From Octopus sinensis (lineage: Eukaryota), in the NCBI RefSeq assembly GCF_006345805.1, contig NC_043001.1, forward strand, positions 16,554,001 to 16,618,000: 64,000 nt of DNA. The letters run 5' to 3'. The position numbers and the translations under genes are program-made. Each line of letters starts with the position of its first letter. Position 1 is the first letter of the stretch. Shown here piece after piece: positions 52,090 to 64,000 of this stretch. The notes under the pieces are model-generated. The model was given only the letters and a program-made list of their open reading frames with translations, ran no database searches and was not told where the DNA came from.

Positions 52090-52282
52090 ACTCTTCTTCT
52101 TCTCGTTTCCTCCTCCTCCTCCTCCTCCTCCCCTTCCTCCTTCTTCTTCTTCTTCTTCTTCGTCGTCGTCTCCTTCTTCTTCTTCTTCTTCTTCTTCTTC
52201 TTCTTCTTCGTCGTCGTCGTCGTCGTCTCCTCCTTCTCCTTCTCCTTCTTCTTCATCTTCGTCGTCTCCTTCTTCTTCTTCT

Positions 52283-52314
<32 letters not shown>

Positions 52315-52332
52315 CCCTTCTTCTTCTTCTTC

Positions 52333-52379
<47 letters not shown>

Positions 52380-52380
52380 G
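52090..52380. repeat. (CTT)/(CCT)/(CGT) followed by (AAT) microsatellite
   Basis: Direct reading. Confidence 0.95.
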
Positions 52381-52806
52381 GGGAGAATTGATAGCTGTTG
52401 AGCGGTAGTTACTCCGGCTCTTTACATTCCAAGCTCAAATCTCACCTTGACTTTCTCTCTTTCAGCGTCGACAAAATAATTATTCATTATTTCGACGATT
52501 TCTAGTCGTATAATTTTGATTTTCATGTCTTTATATAGGATGTAAATAGTAAATACGTTTTATATGTTCCAGACCTGAAGATTGGCAGTATAGTCGGATT
52601 GATATTTCTATTTCAGCAATGCCGATAGATATATTGTCATGAAACGCGCGTTGTCTATATAATTTAATATATAACTCAGAATAGTAATTGTAGATATTAA
52701 TTTGATAAAATTTAATCTTATATATTTCTATCATAGATAATGTCCTTCATGTTGTTTGAGTTGCTTGAAGGTGGTTCTGTCTATAAAACTATATATATAT
52801 ATATAT

Positions 52807-53150
52807 CCTTAAATCCTTAAATCCTTAAAAATGTTTTAGCCCGAAGGCCGGCCATGCTGGGGCACCACCGCTGAATGAGCTACACTAGTTTGTGAATCCA
52901 CCTCTGATACGTGGCACTTGATCAACAAGGGAGTTCGATGCTGCTGCCCGCATCCGTGTCTCCTGTCGTGAGGTAGGTTCATCTGGGACTCCCAACAAGA
53001 AGAGATCCAGTTTAGTTTTAAAGAAACCCACATCCACACCATGTAAGTCTCTCAGGCATTTAGGGAGGATGTTAAAGAGCTGTGGTCCTCTGAAACCCAA
53101 GCTGTTGCAGTATCTGGACCTGTATTTTGATGGTGATGTTGGAATCCTTA
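52807..53150 (-). mobile_element. CR1/L2-group LINE 3' end, 5'-truncated
   Basis: SLGFRGPQLFNILPKCLRDL...FKTKLDLFL..VPDEP...RAAASNSLVDQ; tail (taaggattt)n. Confidence 0.75.
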
Positions 53151-53278
53151 TATATGTATATAATACAGTGAGGAATTAATTTCAGTACCACTAAATTGAA
53201 TTTCTCTCCCCTGTGGACTCGGAAATTACTTCCCTAATATTAATAATTATATTCATACATACATACATACACACTTAG

Positions 53279-53329
<51 letters not shown>

Positions 53330-53332
<3 letters not shown>

Positions 53333-53836
53333 GGTGATTGTAAAGTAAAACCATATTTTAAAATACTTATTTATTAACTGAAATTTTTTCTGTTTATTAT
53401 TTGGAGTATGAGAATTTAATCTGTAATCGTATTGCTCTTGTGAATGGCCGAATGCCCACTTCCCCGGGAGATGGATGGTCGTCGGGATCCGCATGATTGA
53501 CTTGCCAAGAGTCCCGACTTAACACCCTCTGACGTCTTTCTTTGGGGTCGTTAAAGGAGCAAACTTGCAGTACTAAACCAAAAACTTTGGAAGAATTTGA
53601 AGGGCGACGAAGACAAGGTATATGTCTTCCATCCTACAAGAGTTCCTGGTGAAATCAGTTGAAGACATCCGGGAGCGACCCAAGAAGCTGGAGGCGGCAT
53701 CTGGGGCCCTTAACGAATTTTAAATAAAAACTCATACTAAAAGCTATCCTCTCATATCCCTGTTTATTTTTGTAAAGATTACAATTAACAAATAATCTAT
53801 AAGTATTTTAAAGAGGAGTACTTTTCAATCACCATG
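53330..53836 (+). mobile_element. Internally deleted Tc1/mariner element with both TIRs and TA TSD
   Basis: ta-catggtgattgtaaagta ... tacttttcaatcaccatg-ta; internal HFPGRWM..R....KSPDLTPSDVFLWG...KPKTLEE. Confidence 0.85.
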
Positions 53837-54046
53837 TAGAGATGTACACACAAACACACACACGTACACATATACATGCACGCACATATATGTATGTGTA
53901 TATATATATAAGTCTATATGTGTAAATATAACATATATTACATGTGAAGTATGTTCTATGCTGTATGTATGTGTATATGTATATTATATACATATATGTA
54001 TGTATATATATGTAAGTATGTATGATGTATATATATATATATATAT

Positions 54047-54080
<34 letters not shown>

Positions 54081-54112
54081 GATAATATATATATATATAT
54101 ATAACATACATA

Positions 54113-54144
<32 letters not shown>

Positions 54145-54175
54145 CATATAATATATATATATATGCATATATATA

Positions 54176-54233
<58 letters not shown>

Positions 54234-54488
54234 CAATACAGAGGAAATAATTCAGGAGGAAATATTTGCGAATATATATTGACTCTGGTATTATCTAATT
54301 GTAACAATAAAAAATGATAATAATAACAAATTAATAATATAGGCGATTGCAGCCCCTGCCTACAAAAAAGCATGAAATAACAGATGGATTTTGACTGTTA
54401 CTTCCAGCAGGTAGACATACTTAGTATGTCCTTTGATTAATTTTAATCCTTCAGCTATACACACACACACACACACACACATATATAC

Positions 54489-54519
<31 letters not shown>

Positions 54520-54741
54520 TGTATGTATGTATGTATGTATGTATGTATGTATGTATGTATGTATGTATGTATATAAATCAAAACCTACATATATGTTTCA
54601 GTACTAGCCGTAGGTTTTTAACATTTTTGAACTTTACAATATTTTTACAACTTTTTAAAAAGGAAATTCTTCATATTTATATCATACAAATAAATTATTC
54701 ATACATGCATTTTCTCCATTTTCTTTGCTTATGTATATATA

Positions 54742-55070
54742 TATGATGGACTCTCCCGTCGGTTTCAGCGTATGAGATTCTGACGACGTACTCTTTCTTT
54801 GTCAGTCATAATGCTTATCCCGCTAACGATTTGCAAAGAAAACCACAGATGTCGCAAGTTTGAGGGTTACAGGTCAGTGTAGGTGGTATATTTGCAGCCA
54901 CTTTTTTCCATTGCCTTGCACTCCGAAGCCTGTTAATGCTGGTTGCAACAAAGTTTCTTATATCATTTTGACACAACGATCTCCATTTTGTTTTTGTACT
55001 AAATCTGTTCGCTCAAAAGAGTTGTGAGCTATCTTCATCTTTGTCTGCTTAGGCACCCTAAAATAAAATA
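54742..55070 (-). mobile_element. Degenerate RTE-like LINE 3' end
   Basis: TCDICGFLCKSLAG* finger remnant, UTR gacgggagagtccatc and a TA/TATG tail. Confidence 0.65.
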
Positions 55071-55178
55071 AGTCAGGTCGCTCTCGAGTGCTGTTAGTCG
55101 CTCTTGTTCGCTACTAATGGTATATATATGTATATATTATATACATACACATACACACATACATAAATATAATATATA

Positions 55179-55214
<36 letters not shown>

Positions 55215-55730
55215 TGTATGTATGTATGCATGCATGCATGCATGCATGCCATGTATGTTGTATGTATGTATTATGTATGTATGTATGTATGTATGTATGT
55301 AGCATGATGCATGCATGATGTATGTATGTATGTATGTTATGTATGTATGTATGTATGTATGTATGTATGTATGAACACACACACACATATATTTCAAGAT
55401 TTTTGACGATCAAATATAAATAACTGTCGTAAAGTAAACATTGGGAAAATATAGAATTCTTATCTTACATATCAAATACCCACTTTTTTCTACCTCCCTT
55501 TCTCTCTCCCTTCTCTCTCTCCACACAACATAAGTATATATATAAATATATGTATATATATATTTAATGTATATATATATATATATATACATACACGTAT
55601 ATACACATATATACATATATATATATATATACATGTATATAATATATATATTATACATATATATACATGTATATATATGTATATATTTATGGTGCATCTA
55701 TACAGAATACATATCAATGTATGATATATA

Positions 55731-55943
55731 CGAGGGGCTGATGAATAGTTTCTGGCTTTGGGTGAATGAAAATACGGGAGAATCAGTTAATTATAATTTT
55801 ATTCAAGATATTCCCCTCTCAGATTCACGCATTTATTGCAGAGGTCCTTCAATTATTCTAAGTTCTGTAAAAGAACTTCTTTGAACCGCCAACCAGGCCT
55901 TTTTCGACACCTTAAAGCCAGAAACTATTCGGTGATCCTTACG
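55731..55943. mobile_element. Mariner-type MITE, TA-flanked
   Basis: ta-cgaggggctgatgaatagtttctggcttt ... aaagccagaaactattcggtgatccttacg-ta. Confidence 0.8.
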
Positions 55944-56699
55944 TATATATGTATATATATATATATAATATATATATATATATATGATATATATATATAT
56001 ATATAGAAGGTAGAAAAGTAAAACGTGTTCCATAATACATATACTTACATACATACATACATAAATCACTAAAAACATACATATATATATATTGATATAT
56101 GAACACATAGGCACATACTCGCATTGATAACATTTTTTCCTTAGGTTTCAAATTGGCAACCGGATAAAAGAGTTACTAAATATTATAAATCGAACAAAAT
56201 TCTGTACATATATAAATATAGAAGTGCATATAGATATATATATGTATATATATACATACACACACACATACATATAATGCATACATGCATATATATATAT
56301 ATATATATTATATGTGTACGTGAATATGTATGTCACTCTCTCTCTGACTCTCACCCTCTTTTGATGTATATATATATATATATACATATATACACACACA
56401 TCTATGCACACATACACACTTCTCGTTGCGCATTGCTTTGCTCCAAGTATACATTACTGATATGAATTGTATCAAACTGCATTGAAACACGTAAGCATAA
56501 ACGAACACACACACACACACACTCACACACACACACACATCACCACCAGAAAAGAAAGCATATACATATATTCATACACTCAAATGTTGACACAAGCATT
56601 TCTACAATTAAAAACGCCCACTTGTTGCCATTTCTGCTGAAGATAAATTAAATCCCAACAGACATTTAGACATTGTTTGTCTCAAATATATTTACATGC

Positions 56700-56799
56700 N
56701 NNNNNNNNNNNNNNNNNNNNNNNNNNNNNNNNNNNNNNNNNNNNNNNNNNNNNNNNNNNNNNNNNNNNNNNNNNNNNNNNNNNNNNNNNNNNNNNNNNN
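56700..56799. other. Assembly gap (100 N)
   Basis: Run of n. Confidence 1.
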
Positions 56800-57296
56800 G
56801 CACATATAAGCATACTTATAAGCATACTTATATGCATACTTATATGCATATATGCGTACTCAAGTATATAAGATTACATACACATATATTAAAAAAAGAG
56901 GAAATGCCTTGGTAACTTTATCCAAATATTTATATTTTTATCAAAAATGATTCATTTAATAGATTAGATTCTAATTGATACAATATAACTTGTGTAACTA
57001 CAGCATATCAGTCATATATATGAATATTATATATATATTATATTATATATATATTATATTATATATATTATATATAATATATATTATATTATATTTATTA
57101 TATATATATTATATTATATATATTATATTATTATATGTATATATATTATGTATATTATATATATATTATGTATATATATTTATATAAATATATATGGCAA
57201 ATGATGAGAATTTATGGAAGGTATCCATAGAAACTCAATAAACTGTTACAGATGGAGAAGATATGTTAAAATTTTAAAAATAATTTAATACTACAA

Positions 57297-57403
57297 TGCA
57301 TACGATCGTTTCGAACAGCAATATTAACATGTAAATAACATGGTAGAATAATTAGAAATTAACTAAATTAAATTAATTACATATTACTGTCCTCCTCCGT
57401 GCA
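57297..57403 (-). ncRNA. Type I hammerhead-like motif with long stem II
   Basis: Minus strand: tgca-CGGAGGA-ggacagtaat[60-nt AT-rich loop]attgctgttc-GAAAC-GATC-GTA-tgca; 4-bp stem I, 10-bp stem II (2 GU), palindromic ACGATCGT stem III. Confidence 0.6.
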
Positions 57404-58358
57404 AAAAAGAATTATTATTATTGTTACAGAAGACTTCATGGAGGAAATTGCAAATAACATATTTGGATATACATATTTTATCCTTATGAAAGATTGAGAG
57501 CATACTAAAAAGAGTGTTGTTGAGTCTAGTTGTGAAAAAACTAAAACTGACGCGATTAACGGTTATTTGAAAATATAAGAGAAAGATATTTAAGAAACAT
57601 TTTCTCTATATAGAAATAAGTAAAGTAATATACAGTCTAAATAAAGTATTTATCAAGGAAGTAAGATAGAGATGTCCAATGGGACAGCATAGTAATATTT
57701 AAGTCAGGATATGACTTGTCAGTAAGTAATATATAAGTAATATACGGTATGGTGTATATTTAAAGAAGTTATTTTTAAGAAAAAAGACATTTTTGTGCGA
57801 GAATAAAAAATTAAAAACTAATTAATATAGTTTTTATTAGGCTACTTGAATGCAAACGGAAAGAATGGAATTATTAGAGACTGGCTCTAGATAATGGAAG
57901 CATTTTTTTAGTGTAGAAACTTATATTTATTTGTGTGAATTAAATATAAATAAAAATAAAAATAGAAGTATACTTGTTAATATTACAGAATTAAGATAGT
58001 AAAAATTTGCTGTGGCTAAAAATATTGAAAAAGAAAACTGTTCCCTTAAAATGAAAATGTAAGGTATTCGAAAGGCTAAGAAATTAACAATGTAGGGGAG
58101 ATAAAGCTGAGACAAAGTCGTAAGAATGTTTTTTTTTAAAGCTATAATTATCCGTATTTAGTAGGTTGACTATGTTTTTTTGTAAATAGTAAAAAAAATA
58201 GATAGTTAATATGTATTTAATTAACTTTAATTTATTTTATTTTCTAATTATTCTACCATACCTTCCCATAAATATGTATATATATATGTATATATATATT
58301 TATGTATATATACATATGTATTTATATGCATATGCATATATATATGTATGTATTTATA

Positions 58359-58410
<52 letters not shown>

Positions 58411-58888
58411 CGTACATATATATATACACATATATATATATGTACATGTACATATATATATATATATATATATACGCATATGCACATATATACTATGTAT
58501 ATATATATATATATAAGAGGATAATTCTATAACTTCGTTGAACTGGAAGGCAATTTCCTGAAACCGAAGAACAATAATAAAAATAGGACTGCACCTGGAA
58601 GTGCTCAGGGGAAAGGAGAAATAAATCGAAAGGTACAATGAATAAATACTTCAATCGGTAACAACAACTTTATATTATTCCCAAATTATCAAAAATCGAA
58701 TATAAATATGTATTAAAATAATAAAACCTAGAAGGGTAATACGAATGAAGTCGAATGAAGAAAAATATATAGAATAAATTCATGCATAACAAAAGCGACT
58801 AAAAATTTAAGGAAATGAATCTAAAATAAAGAATATAACTATAAAAAATTAAATGTAAGGAAACCAGAATAGAGTTCATTCAAGCCCC

Positions 58889-58965
58889 TCTCTACGATCG
58901 TTGCAGATGATTCTGCTTCACATCGTTAATGTACAATCCAACGGTAACAACTTTTCATCAGGAGG
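58889..58965 (-). ncRNA. Degenerate hammerhead-like motif directly 3' of the Penelope endonuclease relic
   Basis: Minus strand: ctc-CTGATGA...GCAAC-GATC-GTA-gag; intact CUGAUGA, GAAA to GCAA, stem II poorly defined. Confidence 0.45.
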
Positions 58966-59049
58966 AAACTTCATATTTCTGGTTATTACATTGTTCAGTG
59001 GCAGACAAGTTACAATAGACAAGTTAAAATAAGAATTCAGTGGATCCGA

Positions 59050-59860
59050 GCAAGGTTTAGTCCATTGTCCATTTCAAAGATAAAGAATTTGCTACAGGTT
59101 CTACTGAATTTCAAATGGGACCACATCAAAAAATTTATTACGGAGTTTTAGTGCAAAACATTCAAGAATCAAGTACGATTCCCTTAGGCATAATCTGCAT
59201 CTGTTTAAATTGGCATTAAAGAGAGGGGGCTTCGGACAGTAGCTTATATTCCTCCTCTTCAAATCATCGACAGTATACCAAATGTAGTAGAATTGGAGCA
59301 TTTGGCATCCGAAAATGAGCCCATGGGAGCCATACATATTTTAAAATCGATAATGCTCCCAATATATTCCCTAACCATATTATTCTTCCCCCTTACAATA
59401 CATTTATAGACTACGTTTTTTCTTAAGCAAACCCCCTTAAGGGGATATAAATTTGGGGTTCTGAAATTACAACTAAATTTTATAGGGTCCCATATTTTCT
59501 CCTACAGAAACATTCCCAAACGCTGAATCGTCAACGCCTGATGGCAGTGAAGAGTGCAATAATTCATCATTGTCCATTGGATTGTTAACCATATTATTGG
59601 CACGCACATCTGTAACAGGTGCCAAATTACGCTTTCCATTTATTTTACTTCTATTCGAAGAAGCAATAATGGATCCCAAGTTTGGTGTCACCGAGCATGA
59701 AAACTTAATTGAAAGCCTATTGCAAATAGAGTAGTACTTGTGGCTTTTCGGGAAATTTTTCTCTAAAACTTTGAAAAACAAACTAGGCAAATTTCTGACT
59801 CTAAGGGAGAAAGTGGAGGGGGGCATACAAAATGACGTCCCGTATTCTAGACTTTTTAGT
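59050..59860 (-). pseudogene. Penelope-like element C-terminal region with GIY-YIG endonuclease, frameshifted
   Basis: PPSTFSLRVRNL..FFKVLEKNFPKSHKYYSICNR..IKFSCSVTPNLGSII...PLKGVCLRKNVVYKCIV...EYIGS...CRLCLRE. Confidence 0.85.
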
Positions 59861-60112
59861 TTGACCGGATTTTTTTACAGCTACACACATCAGCTTTATT
59901 GTTAATATCATTATTATTAATAAATCCATTAAGTCTCCCATACGCATTCCTAATGAACGGCTTATATCGATTATTAGCTATTAAATCGGAGAGTTTTCCA
60001 TGGAATCACACATCTAGGTCCGGTATTAAACCAGTCATTTTATTTTTAAGTTTTGTGTTTGGGATATAAAATGTGCATATATATACACACACATACATAC
60101 ATATATATAAAT

Positions 60113-60143
<31 letters not shown>

Positions 60144-60221
60144 CATATATCTATATACGTATGTATATATACATACACACACATATGTATATACATACAC
60201 ATATATGTATATATATCATCG

Positions 60222-60492
60222 TGACCACCCAGGCTATCAGATATTGCTACACATCGCTGGTCACAATGCGCTCCGCATTGTTTTAGCCTTCAAATGACGC
60301 CACCCCGCTGGCTAAGCGAGCAGGCCAACAGAAGAAAGAATGAGAGAAAGTTGTGGTGAAAGAGTACGGCAGGGTTCGCCCCCCCCCTGCCGGAGCCTCG
60401 TGGAGCTTTAGGTGTATTCGCTCACTAAACACTCACAACGCTCGGTCTGGGAATCGAAACCGCGATTGCGCTGCCCTAACTACTGGGCCATT
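60222..60492 (-). mobile_element. SINE family C head and body with an alternative RTE-like tail
   Basis: Shares the head and body of 11882; the tail is ggcctgctcgcttagccagcggggtggcgtc...gatagcctgggtggtcacg. Confidence 0.75.
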
Positions 60493-60494
60493 GG

Positions 60495-60860
60495 TGAATA
60501 CCAATAATATCTATTTTTGCAATGACATAGATTTAGTATTTCAGTTAAGTGCCATCTTAAGGAGTTTTATCATTTACTCAGAGACCGAAATGAAGCCCTC
60601 ACGACCCATAGTTTTTCTTAGTTCCTCCAAGAAAGGAAGATACTTTCAAGTCTCAGACTTAACCCAAAAGTTTGCAATAAGGGGAACTCCATTAAAGACC
60701 CCCGAGAGCCAGTGGGGTTGTCAAACCGATCAACGGATTAAATCTATCCCAACAAAAACTCCGAACAGGAAGAACTGGAACAAACACTACAAGGTAACTC
60801 CTCCGTTGCTTTACCAATTCCGCCAGTTCATTGCCATACATTGGTACCTTAGCCCCAAGG
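60495..60860 (-). pseudogene. Possible Penelope RT-region relic, upstream part of the 59050-59860 element
   Basis: Weak motifs MYGNELAELV (cf. YDGAEVCELV) and KLLKMALN*NTKS (cf. NFLDVTLNLNT); same strand. Confidence 0.35.
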
Positions 60861-60875
60861 GATGAAAGCAAAACC

Positions 60876-61107
60876 TATTTCTTTACTACCCACAAGGGGA
60901 TACACACAGAGGGGACAAACAAGGACAGACAAACGGATTAAGTCGATTAAATCGACCCAGTGCGTAAATGGTACTTTATTTAACGACCCCGAAAGGATGA
61001 AAGGCAATGTCGACCTCGGCGGAATTTGAACTCAGAACGTAACGGCAGACGAAATACGGCTAAGGATTTCACCCGGCGTGCTAACGATTCTGCCAGCTCG
61101 CCGCCTA
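60876..61107 (-). mobile_element. SINE family A monomer with 15-bp TSD
   Basis: gatgaaagcaaaacc at 60861-60875 and 61108-61122. Confidence 0.9.
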
Positions 61108-61634
61108 GATGAAAGCAAAACCAGCGTTGGTATGATTTGAACGCATAGCTTTAAGAATCAGAAATACTGAAAGCGATATTGTCCTAAAATGCAACAATTC
61201 TACCAGTTTGCATTTGTCTACAAAAAGGAACCTCTCGTGTTTATATCGTCTATAATTACATTAACCAAATTTAATGTAATTTACTTTCATTTAGTCACAC
61301 TTTTATAGACATGAATTACTTTAAGAGACGATATATGTAGTATTCTTTATATAGCTGCATACAACTCTCTACTTTATTTACGATCCACGTAGCCAGTATG
61401 CGATCAGTAGTGTTCTTTCTATTTTAGGCACAGAACCAGAAATATCTGGGGAAGGGCCTCGTCGATTACATTGACCCCATTGTTCAACGGGTATTTATTT
61501 ATCGATCCTGAAAGGATAAATGGTGAAATTGATCTCTGGGAGTTTGAAATCAAAACATAAAACCGGAAGAAATGCTGTTACGTAAGTTCAGTTTTATCAT
61601 TTATAATGCTTTTTTCATTAATAACTTTATTATC

Positions 61635-61830
61635 TAAAGCAGCGAGCTTGCAGAATCATTCCTGCACCGAGAAAAAATTCTTAGCGACATTTCGTCCGTC
61701 ATTACGTTTTGAGTTCAATTTTCGCCGTGGTCGACTTCATCCTTTTGGGGTCAATAAAATAAACACCAGTTGAATATTGGGGTCGATGTAAGTCTCCTTC
61801 TCTCAAATTTCAAGCTTTGTGCTAATTGTA
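61635..61830 (+). mobile_element. Diverged SINE family A-type copy
   Basis: gcagcgagcttgcagaatc...tcatccttttggggtcaataaa. Confidence 0.7.
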
Positions 61831-62929
61831 GAAAAGATTGTTAATGTCCGTATTTTATTTCATTTCGTTGTGTTTATTCTGGGAATTTCTTTTGTGATTT
61901 TGTCAATTGTCACTATTTTCTCTTACTTGTTTCAAAGACCGTAATGTATTTCCGTCCTAAGGGGTTCTTGTCAACTTTAATGAAAAGTATACTTAAATAA
62001 ATTCAGTCGCTAAACATTTGTTGTGAAGTAAAAGATGTACTGTCTAATGTTGCCAAAGCGCTTACGGATTCTCACATCCAGTAGCATCGACTTAACATCC
62101 GAGTCTAGGAGCAAGCATTTCTGCATAATCATGATTAGGTCGAACAACACAGTGGGCCAAAAGGGTTCACTGATGGCTATCACATTCATACACAGTAACT
62201 TGAGTTTATTTAACAAGAATCCTTCTTTTCATGTTGGCTCTAGATCAAGTGCATTTATACAGAAACTATTTAGGAAGCAGCGTGGTTAGGCTGTGAAGAA
62301 GTACAAGAAAGAACTTTCAGTTTAGTTCTCACCAACTATCTCTTCGTTAGCTTATTCTTGACATGCAATTTTGTTTTCTTTTCTGAATTTCATCAATTTC
62401 TCTTGAGAGGTTCATCTATGAGATTTTTGTGGTTAATTTTGCTCTTGCTGCTATTGTTGTTTTGGTCGTGTTTCTTGTAGATATTTTACCTGCTGCTTTT
62501 GTTGTAGTGGCGCGCACACACAGACACACACACACACAAATGCACACACACTTTGTTCAAGTTTAGAAGTATAGTCGTTTGTAATTTTTGTCTCTGAGTT
62601 TGCCAAGCCAGACATATTCCGTTGTTACCTAATTTTCAATATTGAAACATTATTAAAATACAGAAGCGGAATATAATTCAAAGAGGAAAATGTTTGAAAC
62701 AGTCTTTTCAACTGTTTCTATTATGACGTAATAATGGTCAAGAGAAACGACTGAAGTTGTTTCTATCTAATTTCATATACTCAATAATTCGCTAGACACC
62801 AGCTCCGAAATTGTACAGATAATATCTTGTCTATTAAACCCAACACCTCTTTGAAGAGATATATTGGTTTCTCATCATGTAGTTTGAAAAAGAAATTAGA
62901 CACAGTTACGGTATGTATCGAAAGCTGGG

Positions 62930-63400
62930 CACAACTTTGTCTCTGACTTAAATATATGAGAAGAAGGAAGCAGATTCCGAATCTGTGATGCGATGTGTCA
63001 CGACATATTCTCCGGCTCTTACCTTGCTACATCGGCTGCAAACCCGGGTATCATTGCCTCTAATGCAGAGGAGTGAAAAGTAAATTGCAGGAGGGGGCCT
63101 AATCGGCCGCTCTCAGTTTGTGCCGGTCGCTGTGGAGACCCCCAAGTGTTCTTGAACCCCGCACTGCTAATTTTTTCTCCTCAAAATCGGGATAACTGGG
63201 GTCTATCTGAGAAACGAAGCCCGCGAGGTGGGATATCTGTTGCATCGAGTGTCACTGGACATTCTCCGCGGCAACACCTTTGCAATTATGTCCGCAAGGC
63301 GCGGCTGAACACGCCGTTTCGTCTCGTTATCTCACCCCCCATTTTCTGTTGCCTAATCCCACCTTTGTTCTTTTTCTCTGTTTCCTTACTGAGGTAGTTA
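62930..63400. promoter_or_regulatory. CpG/GC-enriched unique stretch; possible promoter or first exon
   Basis: Visibly higher GC and CpG content than its surroundings, no recognised repeat, and a minus-strand donor-like caag|gtaaga at 63023/63022. Confidence 0.25.
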
Positions 63401-63974
63401 TGGATTTTTTTCTCGATTATTTGATCCTTTCTACTTTAAAAATTTTTTTCTCTTTTTTTCTCCCTGTAAAAATATGTTGTGATGTATACATACATTAAGA
63501 GGAAATTCTACACTAAATCCATTCCAGGATATCAAACGATTCGGTTTTTAAGATTTCAATGTATAGCGTACATTTACATACATGTAAACGCTGACATGTG
63601 AATATTCTACAAGAGAAAAACCCGTACTTACTGAACTCTTAACCGGATATCATACGATTTAATTTTTTAAATTTCCATGTATGACACGTACTTACATATT
63701 TGATAAGGCAAACGAACGCATGCTTGTACCGTTTTGTATCTGTTTGCCAAGAGAAAAACCTGAAATCAGAACGCTTAGCGGGAAATTATGCAATTTAGCT
63801 TTTAAGATTGTACTTCTTGAATAAAGAATGTCTAATGCGTGTATAGTGATTTTTGTCCATCATTTGTTCTTTTCACGTTTAGTACAGACAGGAGACTATC
63901 TCATCAATAATGTGCTAGAGCTAATAAATAAGACACAGCCTATATGATTCCAACGTTGGTATTAACTGAATTGA

Positions 63975-64000
63975 AGGCGGCGAGCTGGCAGAATTGTTAG
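63975..64000 (+). mobile_element. Start of a SINE family A copy cut by the window edge
   Basis: aaggcggcgagctggcagaattgttag. Confidence 0.75.

Noticed and set aside
51780-52391. 203-aa ORF with a poly-Leu/Arg/Asn tail
   Set aside because: Its length is inflated by (CTT)n and (AAT)n, and the N-terminal part is not protein-like.
56673-56915. ORFs containing X runs
   Set aside because: They span the N gap.
58520-58575. ggaa/ttcc stem followed by GAAACCG
   Set aside because: No GUH site and a degenerate core.
61900-62500. Possible further upstream part of the Penelope element
   Set aside because: Only vague motif resemblance (DSDVKSML); too degraded to call.

Overview
Repeat-saturated, AT-rich eukaryotic genomic DNA. 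The SINE, LINE and microsatellite content resembles octopus/coleoid cephalopod DNA; this is an inference from recalled repeat architecture, not a search. No complete protein-coding gene, tRNA, rRNA or CRISPR array is supported, and nearly all ORFs in the track come from microsatellites or SINEs. The window holds dozens of tRNA-derived SINE copies (family A with a Nin/Deu-like core, often as head-to-tail multimers; family B CORE-type with an internal microsatellite; families C and D with shuffled tails). It also holds decayed LINE ends (RTE, Tx1/L1-like, R4/Dong-like, CR1/L2-like), Penelope-like GIY-YIG relics, mariner/Tc1/hAT relics, TA-flanked MITEs, a Helentron-like element, a 967-bp tandem duplication, a 197-bp foldback palindrome and a 100-N gap. 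One plausible orphan terminal exon (49653-49943, +) and a CpG-rich unique stretch near 63 kb are present. The most interesting signal is a dispersed set of at least six hammerhead-ribozyme-like motifs (seven with the duplicate). They sit in Penelope-LTR-like modules, most carry a non-canonical core substitution, and one has a permuted topology with a closed stem I. All ribozyme calls are by-eye structural inferences.
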